This document shows positions 26,613-35,476 of a stretch of DNA of 52,970 bases, one piece after another; the stretch's first letter is position 1; each line of letters starts with the position of its first letter. Both the position numbers and the translations under genes were made by a program. The notes beneath the pieces are model-generated. The model was not told the DNA's origin, ran no database searches, and saw nothing but the letters and a program-made list of their open reading frames with translations. The stretch comes from Dehalococcoidia bacterium (GTDB lineage: Bacteria > Chloroflexota > Dehalococcoidia > Lucifugimonadales > Australimonadaceae), in assembly GCA_034428375.1 (NCBI GenBank), contig DAOUHT010000116.1:1-52970 (forward strand), given 5' to 3'.

Positions 26613-27611
26613 CTACAGCAGTCTGCGCAGGCGGGAGTTCGGCGGGAGCGGCTCCGTCTCCTGCGGGATCTCACGGTCGCTGATGGTGCGGATGTTGGGC
26701 AGGAACGTCACCGGCGCGGCGGATGCGATGTAGCTCACGTCGTGGAACACGTCCACCGGCGCCCCCCCGTCCAGCAGTTGCCTGATCCGCTCCGGCGTAA
26801 GGCGTCCACTCAGGACGATGCCGACCTTCCTCGCGCTCACGCTGTCCAGCTTCTCCCTCACGCGCTGCACGTCCTCCGCGGTGACCGGCTTCCCGCCCGC
26901 AGTGCGCGCCAGACGAACGCTGTCCAAGCTCGGACCCGAGGCTCGCGCAACCTCCTCCACCTGCGTGACCAGGTCTTTCCTCGGGTCCACGTATGCGATG
27001 CGCTGCACGTCCGGCGCAACCGCCTTGTCGAAGGCAATCATCGCCTGGACGGCGTTGCCCATCAGCTGCACGAGCGCGCCGGAGACCGTGGCCACGGGCG
27101 CCGTGCCCGCGAGCTGCGCCCCCAGCACGGTCGATCCGGAGACGCAGCCTCCAACAACGGCGGCATAGTCCATCACTGCCGCGACGGAAGGATGCACGTT
27201 GTGCGCTCCGAGGGATACGACCGGTACGCCGTTCGCGGTTTTCACAAGGTCCCGTGCGGCGGTCGCCCAGCCGGTCTGATGCGCGAGGACCCCGCAGATG
27301 GCGGTCTCGTACAGACCGAAGGACGAGTAGGGGGCCTTGATCTCCAGGCAGACCTCATTCTGCGAGACGTGCGAGCCTTCCTCCACCGCCCACAACTCCC
27401 GATTGCCCTCGGAGGTCACCTTGCCGATGAGTGCCTTCACTTCCTGCGAGCCGCTGAGCACAGCCTCTCTGCTGGCGGAGAACTGCATGGAGACAGTGGG
27501 GTTCAGCCCCTCGTTGCGGAGGATGCGCTGCGTCCGGTGCAGGTAAACGTCGGCGGTATCGCCGGTGATCACCGACGGACGTACTTCGAATGTGGGGTTA
27601 CGCAACTGCAT
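26613..27611 (-). CDS. Nicotinate phosphoribosyltransferase-fold protein with degenerate catalytic motifs
   Basis: TADVYL, EEG, YSSFGLYETAICG, GWATAA, MDYAAVVGG follow the type II PRTase/NAPRTase layout, but the catalytic motifs are altered. Confidence 0.75.
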   Translation of the reverse strand: MQLRNPTFEVRPSVITGDTADVYLHRTQRILRNEGLNPTVSMQFSASREAVLSGSQEVKALIGKVTSEGNRELWAVEEGSHVSQNEVCLEIKAPYSSFGLYETAICGVLAHQTGWATAARDLVKTANGVPVVSLGAHNVHPSVAAVMDYAAVVGGCVSGSTVLGAQLAGTAPVATVSGALVQLMGNAVQAMIAFDKAVAPDVQRIAYVDPRKDLVTQVEEVARASGPSLDSVRLARTAGGKPVTAEDVQRVREKLDSVSARKVGIVLSGRLTPERIRQLLDGGAPVDVFHDVSYIASAAPVTFLPNIRTISDREIPQETEPLPPNSRLRRLL

Positions 27612-27706
27612 GATGCAGGCCCATGCGGGAAAGCCGTGTGCATGCTATGCCCCGCGGAACGGCGCTACAATACGCTGAACTGCCCCGATTCGCGCCGGTG
27701 TGCGCG

Positions 27707-28432
27707 TCACGGCGCCGTCACGTCCGGTAGTCCGCCAAACCGGAGCCGGGCGAGGCCCCGCAGATCGTCCAGCGCCGTCTTCACGACCTTAACCCGCGTG
27801 TCCGGGTCTTCCTCCCACGCTACGGGGAGCTCCTTCCACCGGAACCCTCGCTTCTCCGCGATGACCAGCAGCTCCGTGTCGAAGAACCATCCGTTGTCCT
27901 GGATGTGCGGAAGCAGCGCGTCTGCCGCGGCGCGGCTCATCGCCTTGAAGCCACACTGCGCGTCGCGGAAGTGCGTGCCCATGCTCAGCCGGATGATGCG
28001 GTTGTACGTTTGAGAGATGAACTCTCGTTTGAACGACCGCTCGGTCTGGGACTCGCGGGAGAGCCGCGAGCCCCAGGCGAGGTGGCAACCCTCCTCCACT
28101 ATCGCGGCAACAAGCGGAGGGAACGCGTCCAGCCCCGTCGAGAGGTCCACGTCCATGTAGGAGACCACGTCCGCCCTGCTCTCGCGCCACGCACGCTTCA
28201 ACGCCCTGCCCCGTCCGCGCTCGTCCAAGTGGATGACGCCCACCTCGTCCGGCTTCGACTCCGCGAAACCGGTTGCAACCGCCAGTGTCGCGTCCGTCGA
28301 ACCGTTGTCGGCGACGACGATGCGCCAATCGTGCGGGAGGTTGTCGCGCAGGAAGGCGCCCAGCATCTCGATGCAGCGCCCGAGCGAGTGCTCCTCGTTC
28401 AGCACGGGTATGACGACGTCAACAGTTGCCAT
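27707..28432 (-). CDS. GT2 polyprenol-phosphate glycosyltransferase (DPG/DPM synthase-like)
   Basis: VIPVLNEE, ADNGSTD, GRGRAL, YMDVDLST, DAQCGFKA, WFFDTELL. Confidence 0.9.
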   Translation of the reverse strand: MATVDVVIPVLNEEHSLGRCIEMLGAFLRDNLPHDWRIVVADNGSTDATLAVATGFAESKPDEVGVIHLDERGRGRALKRAWRESRADVVSYMDVDLSTGLDAFPPLVAAIVEEGCHLAWGSRLSRESQTERSFKREFISQTYNRIIRLSMGTHFRDAQCGFKAMSRAAADALLPHIQDNGWFFDTELLVIAEKRGFRWKELPVAWEEDPDTRVKVVKTALDDLRGLARLRFGGLPDVTAP

Positions 28433-28435
28433 CGG

Positions 28436-29521
28436 CTATCGCTGCTCCTCGAGGGCTGCGGCCACGGCGAACGGATCCGAGGCCAGGACGGGCTCAGCGA
28501 ACAGTTCCATGCTGCCGATGTCGCTCGACCTCACACCGAGCGGGCCCCGGTCAACGATGCGGAGCACGCAGGGGAAGCCCTGCCAGTCCTCGACGGTTGC
28601 GCGCAGCGGCGGCAACAGTCCCCCCACGTTGAACGACTGCACGCCCAACGCGTCGCGGAACACCGCGAGCGTCCCGTAGAGTGCGTCGGCAGCGTCCTCG
28701 CCGAACGCAGGCGCGAGGATAATCGTCTCCTTCTCCTTCGTGGGCGTCAGGGTGACCAGGAGGCGAGCACTTCCCCGCGTCCATCCAAGGCCGAGCGCAG
28801 CGTGCGTCGCCGCGAGGTCGTCGAAGTAGTCCGCGCCGTGCTCCTCGCGATACGCCGCGGCGGAGCGGCGGAGGGTCTCGATGCGGGCGTAGTGGCGACC
28901 ACGCGCGAGCTGCACCTGTGCGTGTCCGTGCACGATGGAGCCTCCGGCGCGCCAGAGACAATTCCAGAGGAAGAAAGGGTACACGGCCTCGGGGTCAGCC
29001 TCGTGAGCTGCGGCGAACCACTGGTTCGCCAGTTCCACGGAGGCGCGCACGGACGTGCGGTCGAACCGCAGCGGGTCTGCCTCGGAGAAGATGAGCAGGC
29101 TGTGGTGCGCGTCGTACTTCGCCACGTTCGCCGCGGTCAGCGCAGTATCGCTACGGAGGCGTCCGAACAGGTCCTCAGGCGTGTTCTCCTCTGGACGCGC
29201 CCAGGGATCGTTCTCCAGTTCGTCGTCGATATCCGTCGGCGTGCCGCCCCGCACCGGACGACGCGCGCGCAGCTCGTTGAAGATGGCCGACTCCCCGGTG
29301 ACGAGGTTCGAGACTCGCACGATGCGCTGCGACTCAACCGCCGCCACGCTCCCGAACATGCGCTCGACCCAAGGGGCCATCGTCGGCGGGACGCGCAGAT
29401 TCCCCTCGCTTTCGGTCACGTCGTAGATGCGGCGGAAGCGCTCGGCGTCACCCGGCGCGAGCCGTTGCACCTGTTCGCGCAGGCTCAGGATCGAGGGTTG
29501 CGACGGTGGAGCAGTGGTCAA
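28436..29521 (-). CDS. HIT/GalT-like nucleotidyltransferase-fold protein of unknown function
   Basis: WNCLWRAGGSIVHGHAQV contains the HxHxQ GalT-type motif; FNELRARRP; AKYDAHH; ATGA overlap with purF. Confidence 0.6.
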   Translation of the reverse strand: MTTAPPSQPSILSLREQVQRLAPGDAERFRRIYDVTESEGNLRVPPTMAPWVERMFGSVAAVESQRIVRVSNLVTGESAIFNELRARRPVRGGTPTDIDDELENDPWARPEENTPEDLFGRLRSDTALTAANVAKYDAHHSLLIFSEADPLRFDRTSVRASVELANQWFAAAHEADPEAVYPFFLWNCLWRAGGSIVHGHAQVQLARGRHYARIETLRRSAAAYREEHGADYFDDLAATHAALGLGWTRGSARLLVTLTPTKEKETIILAPAFGEDAADALYGTLAVFRDALGVQSFNVGGLLPPLRATVEDWQGFPCVLRIVDRGPLGVRSSDIGSMELFAEPVLASDPFAVAAALEEQR

Positions 29522-31002
29522 AGCGTCGTGTCTACGATGTTCGCGGCGGGGAGTGTGCGTTCGAGCGACAGCTTGTCGAGTTGCAGTTGCACGGGGATGG
29601 GGTACCTGCCGGTGAAGCAGGCGTCGCAGAACCCCTTACCGGACGAGTCGCCGCTGACGGCCTCGTGCAACTGATCGACGCTCAAGTACCCGAGCGAGTC
29701 CGCGCCGATCTCCTTGCAGATCTCGGGGATGGACCTGCCGGATGCGATGAACTCGGCCTTCGTGGCCATGTCGACGCCGAAGAAGCACGGGTCGATAATG
29801 GGCGGCGCGCAGACGCGCACGTGCACTTCCCGAGCGCCCGCCTTGCGCAGCAGCGCGACGATGCGCGGCGTGGTCGTGCCGCGGACGATGCTGTCGTCCA
29901 CGACCACCACGCGTTTGCCGCTGAGCACTTCCGGCAGGGGGTTGAATTTGTTACGCACGCCCAACTCACGGAACCACTGGTCAGGCTCGATGAACGTCCG
30001 GCCCATGTAGCGGTTCTTGATGAGTCCGTAACTGAATGGGAGGCCGGACTCCTGGGCATAGCCAATGGCAGCGGAATTGGCCGACTCCGGCACCGGGATA
30101 ACGATGTCCGCGTCTGCCGGATGCACGCGCGCGAGCAACTCTCCCATGCGTGTCCGAGAAGTGTGGGTCAGGCGCCCGTCCAGAATCGAGTCCGGGCGGG
30201 CGAAGTAGATGTGCTCGAATATGCAGTGCGCCCTGCGAGTGCCCGGCACCTGCGACGGGATGCTCTTCAGGCCGCTGCGGTTGATGACGACGGTCTCTCC
30301 CGGCTCGACCTCCCGTACGAACTGTGCGCCGACGTGGTCCAGCGCGCAACTCTCCGAGGCGATGATCCAGCCGCTGTTCCCGATGCGCCCGATGCAGAGC
30401 GGGCGTACACCGAGCGGGTCGCGGATGCCGAGCAGCGTGTCGGACGTGCAGACCACGAGCGAGTACGCGCCCTTGACCGAGCGCATGATGTGAGCCGTCT
30501 TCTCCTCCCACGAGTCGCCGGGCGCCCATGCCAGCAGGTGCGTGATGACCTCCGAGTCCGTGCCGGTGGTGCAGGTGACGCCCCAGTCGTCCAGCAATCG
30601 CTGGCGTATCTCGGCCGCGTTGATGGCGTTGCCGTTGTGCGCGAGCGCCAGTTCGACGCGCGGGCCCTTGGAGACGATGGGCTGCGCGTTCAGCGGGCTG
30701 CTGGAGCCAGTTGTGGAGTACCGCGTGTGCCCGATGGCAATGTGGCCGGGCAGACGCTCCAAGTCCTCCTGGCGGAAGACGTTGGAGACGAGTCCCTGGT
30801 TCGTGAAATTGCGGATCGCCCGCCCATCCGCGGCGGCGATGCCGGCGCTTTCCTGTCCCCGGTGCTGGAGGGCGAACAGGCCGTAGAAGGCTACCTGCGC
30901 AGCTTCATCGCCGATCGATCCTGGGAGGTATGCGCCGATGACCCCGCACGCTTCGCGGGGAGCGTCGGACTCAACGACAGGCAAGCTACGGCCTATTGCC
31001 AA
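29518..31002 (-). CDS. purF: Amidophosphoribosyltransferase
   Basis: Propeptide then REACGV, LQHRGQES, GHTRYST, HNG, DPLGVRPL, FEHIYFARPDS, VDDSIVRGTT, Fe-S Cys in CDACF. Confidence 0.97.
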   Translation of the reverse strand: MAIGRSLPVVESDAPREACGVIGAYLPGSIGDEAAQVAFYGLFALQHRGQESAGIAAADGRAIRNFTNQGLVSNVFRQEDLERLPGHIAIGHTRYSTTGSSSPLNAQPIVSKGPRVELALAHNGNAINAAEIRQRLLDDWGVTCTTGTDSEVITHLLAWAPGDSWEEKTAHIMRSVKGAYSLVVCTSDTLLGIRDPLGVRPLCIGRIGNSGWIIASESCALDHVGAQFVREVEPGETVVINRSGLKSIPSQVPGTRRAHCIFEHIYFARPDSILDGRLTHTSRTRMGELLARVHPADADIVIPVPESANSAAIGYAQESGLPFSYGLIKNRYMGRTFIEPDQWFRELGVRNKFNPLPEVLSGKRVVVVDDSIVRGTTTPRIVALLRKAGAREVHVRVCAPPIIDPCFFGVDMATKAEFIASGRSIPEICKEIGADSLGYLSVDQLHEAVSGDSSGKGFCDACFTGRYPIPVQLQLDKLSLERTLPAANIVDTTL

Positions 31003-31038
31003 GAGAGCCTCGCTCCGGGGGTCAGGACTGGTAACAGG

Positions 31039-31067
31039 ATGTTAACCGTTGATGGTCAAACAGGCAA
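31039..31067 (-). promoter_or_regulatory. sigma70 promoter of purF
   Basis: Minus strand TTGCCT (31067-31062), 17 nt, TAACAT (31044-31039). Confidence 0.55.
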
Positions 31068-31097
31068 ACCGGCGAAACGTAAGTTTTGGACGGATAT

Positions 31098-32327
31098 CTA
31101 CCGTCCTGCCGCGACAGTCCCCAGCCCCGCCAGCACCTCAGCGGTCGGGCGGACGGCGCACCACTCCGCGAGGGAAGAGAGGTCGGGCGAGTCGGGCGGG
31201 TACGTTGCGTCGGCGATGACGGTGATGTCGTAGCCGAGCGCGACGCCGTCGAGCGCGGTCGCCCACACGCACCCTGTCACGGCGCCGCCGGTCATCAGCA
31301 GGCGCTGCGCGTTCAGGTTTCGCAGGATGCGGTGCAGCGGGGTGTAGCCGAAACCGCTGCCACCCTTCTTCTCAACCACGTAGTCGTCCCGTTCCGGGGT
31401 CAACTCATCCACCATCTCCGCGCCCCATGTGCCATAGGCGCAGTGCGTCACTCCCGGCGGGAGCGTGCGCGCGCGCCGGTGCGTCCTGCTGTGGACGTCG
31501 TCCGAGTTGTCCTGACGTCGCACCACTCGAACGTAGATGACGGGCCAGCCCCGCTCGCGCACTGCCGCGCTTAGCTTCTGCGTGTTCTCTACGATGTTCA
31601 GCCGCTTCTCCTCCGGCATCGGGTCGCCCAGGCCGTAGAGGACGTGCGGGCGCTCCGCGTTCATGAAGTCGTTCTGCATGTCCACGAGCACCATCGCGTA
31701 GTCCGGGCCGGACCGCGCGGGCTCCGGCTCGGCAGAGGCAGCAACGAACACGTCCTCCAGCGAGACGACCTCCGCCTGCTTGCGCGGCGCGTGCAGTTCG
31801 GCGGCACTCGGTGGGTAAAGCGCGTCCTGGACTACGAACTGCTCGTAGCCCAGTCGTCCGCCCGTCCGCGCGGTCTCGGCGATCGAGTCCGTCACGCCGC
31901 CACCAACGACGATGCACTGGGTGATACCGAGATTCGTGAGCAGGCGGTCCAGGTGTGTGTTGTCGTAGGCGCTGTGCCCCTTCTTGATCACGGCGTAGTC
32001 GTCCGGTGCGGCATCCATGCCGTCCGCGAGCTCCGCGCCCCACGAGCCCTCGATGAAGAACGGGCCGACCTCGGCTTGGCGGCGCTGCAGCCAGAGCGGC
32101 GCGTAGGTGGTATCGGCGAAGTCAGGTCGCAGGCCCGTCTTCACCCATACGATAGGTCGTCCGGCGCCGCGCATGAAGTCGACGAGCCTTCCCCACACGT
32201 CCAGTAGGCGGGATACCTCGGCGGCGGGGGGCGCCTGCCCAGCGCGTCCCAGCGCGCCGTCCGGGTGGAGCGCGTCCCGTTGAACGTCGACCAGCAACAG
32301 CGCAGCGTGGTCCAGAACGAGTTGCAT
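31098..32327 (-). CDS. Double-domain isochorismatase/cysteine hydrolase
   Basis: Two repeats of (V)D(V/M)Q...WGAE...KK...LxRxLxN...GGxVTx(S/C); ATG 32327 is 8 nt after AGGAGG. Confidence 0.88.
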   Translation of the reverse strand: MQLVLDHAALLLVDVQRDALHPDGALGRAGQAPPAAEVSRLLDVWGRLVDFMRGAGRPIVWVKTGLRPDFADTTYAPLWLQRRQAEVGPFFIEGSWGAELADGMDAAPDDYAVIKKGHSAYDNTHLDRLLTNLGITQCIVVGGGVTDSIAETARTGGRLGYEQFVVQDALYPPSAAELHAPRKQAEVVSLEDVFVAASAEPEPARSGPDYAMVLVDMQNDFMNAERPHVLYGLGDPMPEEKRLNIVENTQKLSAAVRERGWPVIYVRVVRRQDNSDDVHSRTHRRARTLPPGVTHCAYGTWGAEMVDELTPERDDYVVEKKGGSGFGYTPLHRILRNLNAQRLLMTGGAVTGCVWATALDGVALGYDITVIADATYPPDSPDLSSLAEWCAVRPTAEVLAGLGTVAAGR

Positions 32328-32363
32328 CTCCCGCACCTCCTCGCGCCTCAGGATAAGGGGGCC

Positions 32364-32392
32364 ATCATAGGCGCGCTATCGCCGGCACTCAA
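32364..32392 (-). promoter_or_regulatory. sigma70 promoter of the isochorismatase gene
   Basis: Minus strand TTGAGT (32392-32387), 17 nt, TATGAT (32369-32364). Confidence 0.55.
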
Positions 32393-32478
32393 GCGCGAGG
32401 CACCTCAATGCCGCCACAACTTGCAGGCCCCCCATGGCGGGCATATAGTCAGCGCCGTAACACCAAGGGAGGCTTCTC

Positions 32479-33252
32479 ATGCATAGAGTAACTATCATGA
32501 AGTTGACCGTCGCGGACGAGAATGCCGAGCGGTTCGAAGAAGCCTGCCGCGAGCAGACGGCGCGAGTGAAGGAGAACGAGCCGGGAACAGCCCTGTGCAC
32601 CTTCATCCGCAGGAACAAGCAGGCCTCGACCATCCTGCCGATGCCGCCAAACGGACACACCGACTACATCCACCTGCAGGCATACACCAGCCAGGAGGCT
32701 GACGACCACCACCGTGAGCTCGAGCAAGAGTGGTGGGGGCCGGCGTTCCGCAGCCTGCTGGCCGCGCCGTTCACCGGCGAACGCTACATGACGCCGGACA
32801 TCACCGCCGGCATCACCCGCGACTTCGACTGGGGCCCGCATCAGAGGAGCTTCGTCTTCCATCGCTTCCAGATCAAGGAAGGCCAGGACGAAGAGTTCGA
32901 GGAACAGGCGTCGCACCAACTCGGCGTTGTGACGAAGGGTGAACCCGGCACCAAGCTCTACACCTTCTGCAAGCGCCCGGCGGAGGGTTCCGCATTCCTG
33001 CCTGGCTCCAACCCGGAGAGGACCGAGTACCTGCACATGAGCATCTATGAGGATGAGGACGCCTGGCAGCAACACCGGCGCCTCGAACATCGCGACGACG
33101 GCAAGTGGTGCTGGGGCCCGACCTACCGCCAGTACATCGCGGTGCCCTTGGTCAACGAGCAGTTCCGGAGTGAGCAGATCGTGTGCGGTCTGAGCCGGGA
33201 CGCACAGTGGGGAACCGTGTACGGAGACGTGGACATCGCCCCGTTCGGTTAG
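32479..33252 (+). CDS. Internally duplicated ABM-like (dimeric alpha+beta barrel) protein
   Basis: Two roughly 120-aa repeats: FEE..EQ..V..EPGT..TF..R...Y.H..Y..E.A..HR.LE...WGP..R...P...E...G..RD..WG; SD GGAGG. Confidence 0.7.
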   Translation: MHRVTIMKLTVADENAERFEEACREQTARVKENEPGTALCTFIRRNKQASTILPMPPNGHTDYIHLQAYTSQEADDHHRELEQEWWGPAFRSLLAAPFTGERYMTPDITAGITRDFDWGPHQRSFVFHRFQIKEGQDEEFEEQASHQLGVVTKGEPGTKLYTFCKRPAEGSAFLPGSNPERTEYLHMSIYEDEDAWQQHRRLEHRDDGKWCWGPTYRQYIAVPLVNEQFRSEQIVCGLSRDAQWGTVYGDVDIAPFG

Positions 33253-33441
33253 GCCAACCGGCAGCATGGCGCATCAGAAGGGTTGGTTGCGCCGGAGCGT
33301 TGGTGGAGTCGAGTCGGTTCGTTGCCTGCGATGGGATATGAGTAGACCTCTCGCCAGCTCAGGGGTGCTGAGCAGACAGTGCGGGGCTAGTCTTACGGCA
33401 GCCGGCACGAGCCGTATTCGCACAGGACAAGGGAGTCGCCT

Positions 33442-34218
33442 ATGCCAGCCATAAGGGTGCTCATCCAGGCCAATCATGCAGACCCTGACGGCGTCATCCC
33501 CTCATTGAACGAGCACGCCAAGCGGGCGCGCGAGGAGCCGGGCTGTCTGGAGTTCGAGTTCTTCCGGAGTGGCGACATCGCGGAGAACATGTTGCAACTC
33601 GAGTTGTGGGAGGGTATCGCTGCGTTCGATGCCTACTGGCAGAGGCACCCGGAGTCCGCATTCATGCTCGCGCCAGCGAACCAGCTGCAGTCACCGTACC
33701 ACTACGGTTCACCCGAGCGCCCGCGGCGACACGGGGACAGCGGCGTTGAGTTCTACCGCCACGCCTACTCGCGCGTTAGCGACGGCGTGTGGCTGCCCAC
33801 GGACGAAAGCCAACTGCCCCAGACCATCCGCTGGCCGTCCTATACCGGTGTGCGCATCATCAACCAGAGTACGGAGGACCCTGCAACAGCGGGTGACCGC
33901 ACGCGCTATATCAACGACACCCGCGCTGAGCCGGGCTGCATCCAGTTCGAGCAGTTCAGGAGCGTGGAGTTCCCTGTCCACACGGCCAACCTCGAGCTGT
34001 GGACGACGCCGCGCATCTACGACTATCACTACCTGAACCGCATCATCCAGCAGCAGACAGGCACGATCACCCGACCGCCGCAGGTGGGCTCCCGGCCGGA
34101 GCGCGTTTACGGTACGAACGGATTCGAGTTCTACCAACACTCGTACTACGGCCTGGTCGACGGTGTATGGCAACCCGAGAATGAGCAGGAGCGCATGGTA
34201 ACCGTCCGCTGGTCATAG
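33442..34218 (+). CDS. Internally duplicated putative quinol-monooxygenase (ABM)-like protein
   Basis: Two repeats: R.EPGC..FE.FRS...LELW, followed by R.G..G.EFY.H.Y....DGVW.P......T.RW; SD AAGGGAG. Confidence 0.72.
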   Translation: MPAIRVLIQANHADPDGVIPSLNEHAKRAREEPGCLEFEFFRSGDIAENMLQLELWEGIAAFDAYWQRHPESAFMLAPANQLQSPYHYGSPERPRRHGDSGVEFYRHAYSRVSDGVWLPTDESQLPQTIRWPSYTGVRIINQSTEDPATAGDRTRYINDTRAEPGCIQFEQFRSVEFPVHTANLELWTTPRIYDYHYLNRIIQQQTGTITRPPQVGSRPERVYGTNGFEFYQHSYYGLVDGVWQPENEQERMVTVRWS

Positions 34219-34287
34219 ACCCACAAGCGAGAGACAAGACCGAGGTGCTGGCAGGCACGATCGAGGCGCCGCCGACAGGAGGAACCG

Positions 34288-35436
34288 ATGTACAACGGAA
34301 CGAGAGTGCTTGATGTCCACAGCCACGTGCGGCCCCACCGCGCGGCATACCTGTTCTTCAACGACCTGGTGCACTCGCGACTGCCCCTGGAGAGCCCCAT
34401 CGGGCCGGGCAGGCACTCCGGCATCCCCGGAATGCGGGACGAGGACTTCCAGTCCATGGCCTCGAGCCACGCCGCCTACCTAGACGAGCGGAACATCGAT
34501 ACGCAAATCCTCACCTCCCACCCACTGCGCGTCTTTGGCTGGCTGGAGCCTTTCCTCTTCAGGAGCTGGGTCAGCTATATCAACGATATGATCTTCAAGA
34601 TAGCCCAGGCCGAGCCTTCCCGCTTCGTAGGCGCCTGCTACGTGCCGCAGGACCCCTCAGCGGCTGACACTGCCGGTTGCACGGAAGAACTCGAACGCTG
34701 CGTCAAGGAGTACGGCTTCGTAGCGGTTTCGGTCTCGCCCGACATCTCCGGGAAGCACGACTCGCCGCCGATGAGCGACCCCTACTGGTACCCGCTGTAC
34801 GAGAAGTGCCAGGAGCTCGACACGCCTATCATCGTGCACGGCACGGATGGGCTCGACCCCCGCTACCGCGCACTGCCCAGGCAGTACTACCAAATGACAT
34901 TCGTGACAGAGCAGTACCTTGCCCTGTGCGCACTGCGGCAGAACGACCAGTTTGAACGCTTCCCCGGCCTGAAGGTCATCGTGTGCCACTGCGGCGGCGC
35001 GCTCGACCGCCACATCGGCGACTACCCCTGGCTGTGCCGTGACCGCGACATGTCCGCAAACCTGTTCTACGACACTTGCTCGTACGACCTGGACTTCCTC
35101 GCCACCGCCATCAAGCAGCGCGGAATCTCGCAGTTCTGCTTTGGCGTAGAGGCGCCCGGCGGCGGCGTGAACATCAGGCCGGGAACAGACAGAACCGCCG
35201 ACGACATGGTGCCGATGATCACCGAGGACCCGATCCTGGGTTTCCTGACCGAGCAGGACAAGATGGACATCCTGCACAACAACCCCGCCAAGGTCTGTCC
35301 GAGCCTTGCCGATCCGGTCGCCACGAACGCCAGGGCCACGGTGCAGGCCTTCGCGCCGGATGGAGCCGTCACGGCGCCGACACGCGGCCCAGGCCAGTCG
35401 ATAAATCCCAACCCGTGGGGGTTTGGCGAACGATAA
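34288..35436 (+). CDS. Amidohydrolase_2 family metalloenzyme, LigJ (4-oxalomesaconate hydratase)-like
   Basis: DVHSH, PPMSDPYWYPLYEKCQELDTPIIVH, RFPGLKVIVCHCGGAL, FYDTC, FGVE (Glu, as in LigJ, rather than the Asp of ACMSD-type decarboxylases). Confidence 0.8.
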   Translation: MYNGTRVLDVHSHVRPHRAAYLFFNDLVHSRLPLESPIGPGRHSGIPGMRDEDFQSMASSHAAYLDERNIDTQILTSHPLRVFGWLEPFLFRSWVSYINDMIFKIAQAEPSRFVGACYVPQDPSAADTAGCTEELERCVKEYGFVAVSVSPDISGKHDSPPMSDPYWYPLYEKCQELDTPIIVHGTDGLDPRYRALPRQYYQMTFVTEQYLALCALRQNDQFERFPGLKVIVCHCGGALDRHIGDYPWLCRDRDMSANLFYDTCSYDLDFLATAIKQRGISQFCFGVEAPGGGVNIRPGTDRTADDMVPMITEDPILGFLTEQDKMDILHNNPAKVCPSLADPVATNARATVQAFAPDGAVTAPTRGPGQSINPNPWGFGER

Positions 35437-35476
35437 GCGCGCACCCGTTCAGGGTTGTACCGCTCGGTTCGGCAGG

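Noticed and set aside
27666-27671. TACAAT on the + strand as an antisense promoter into the GT2 gene
   Set aside because: There is no credible -35 or extended -10; a lone hexamer is not enough.
31070-31086. GCGAAACGTAAG upstream of purF resembling a PurR box
   Set aside because: Only a half-site matches the enterobacterial palindrome, and there is no reason to expect that regulator here.
31000-31100. Genomic-island boundary for the catabolic cluster
   Set aside because: No tRNA, integrase, transposase or direct repeat is visible. The shift in gene content alone does not prove mobility.
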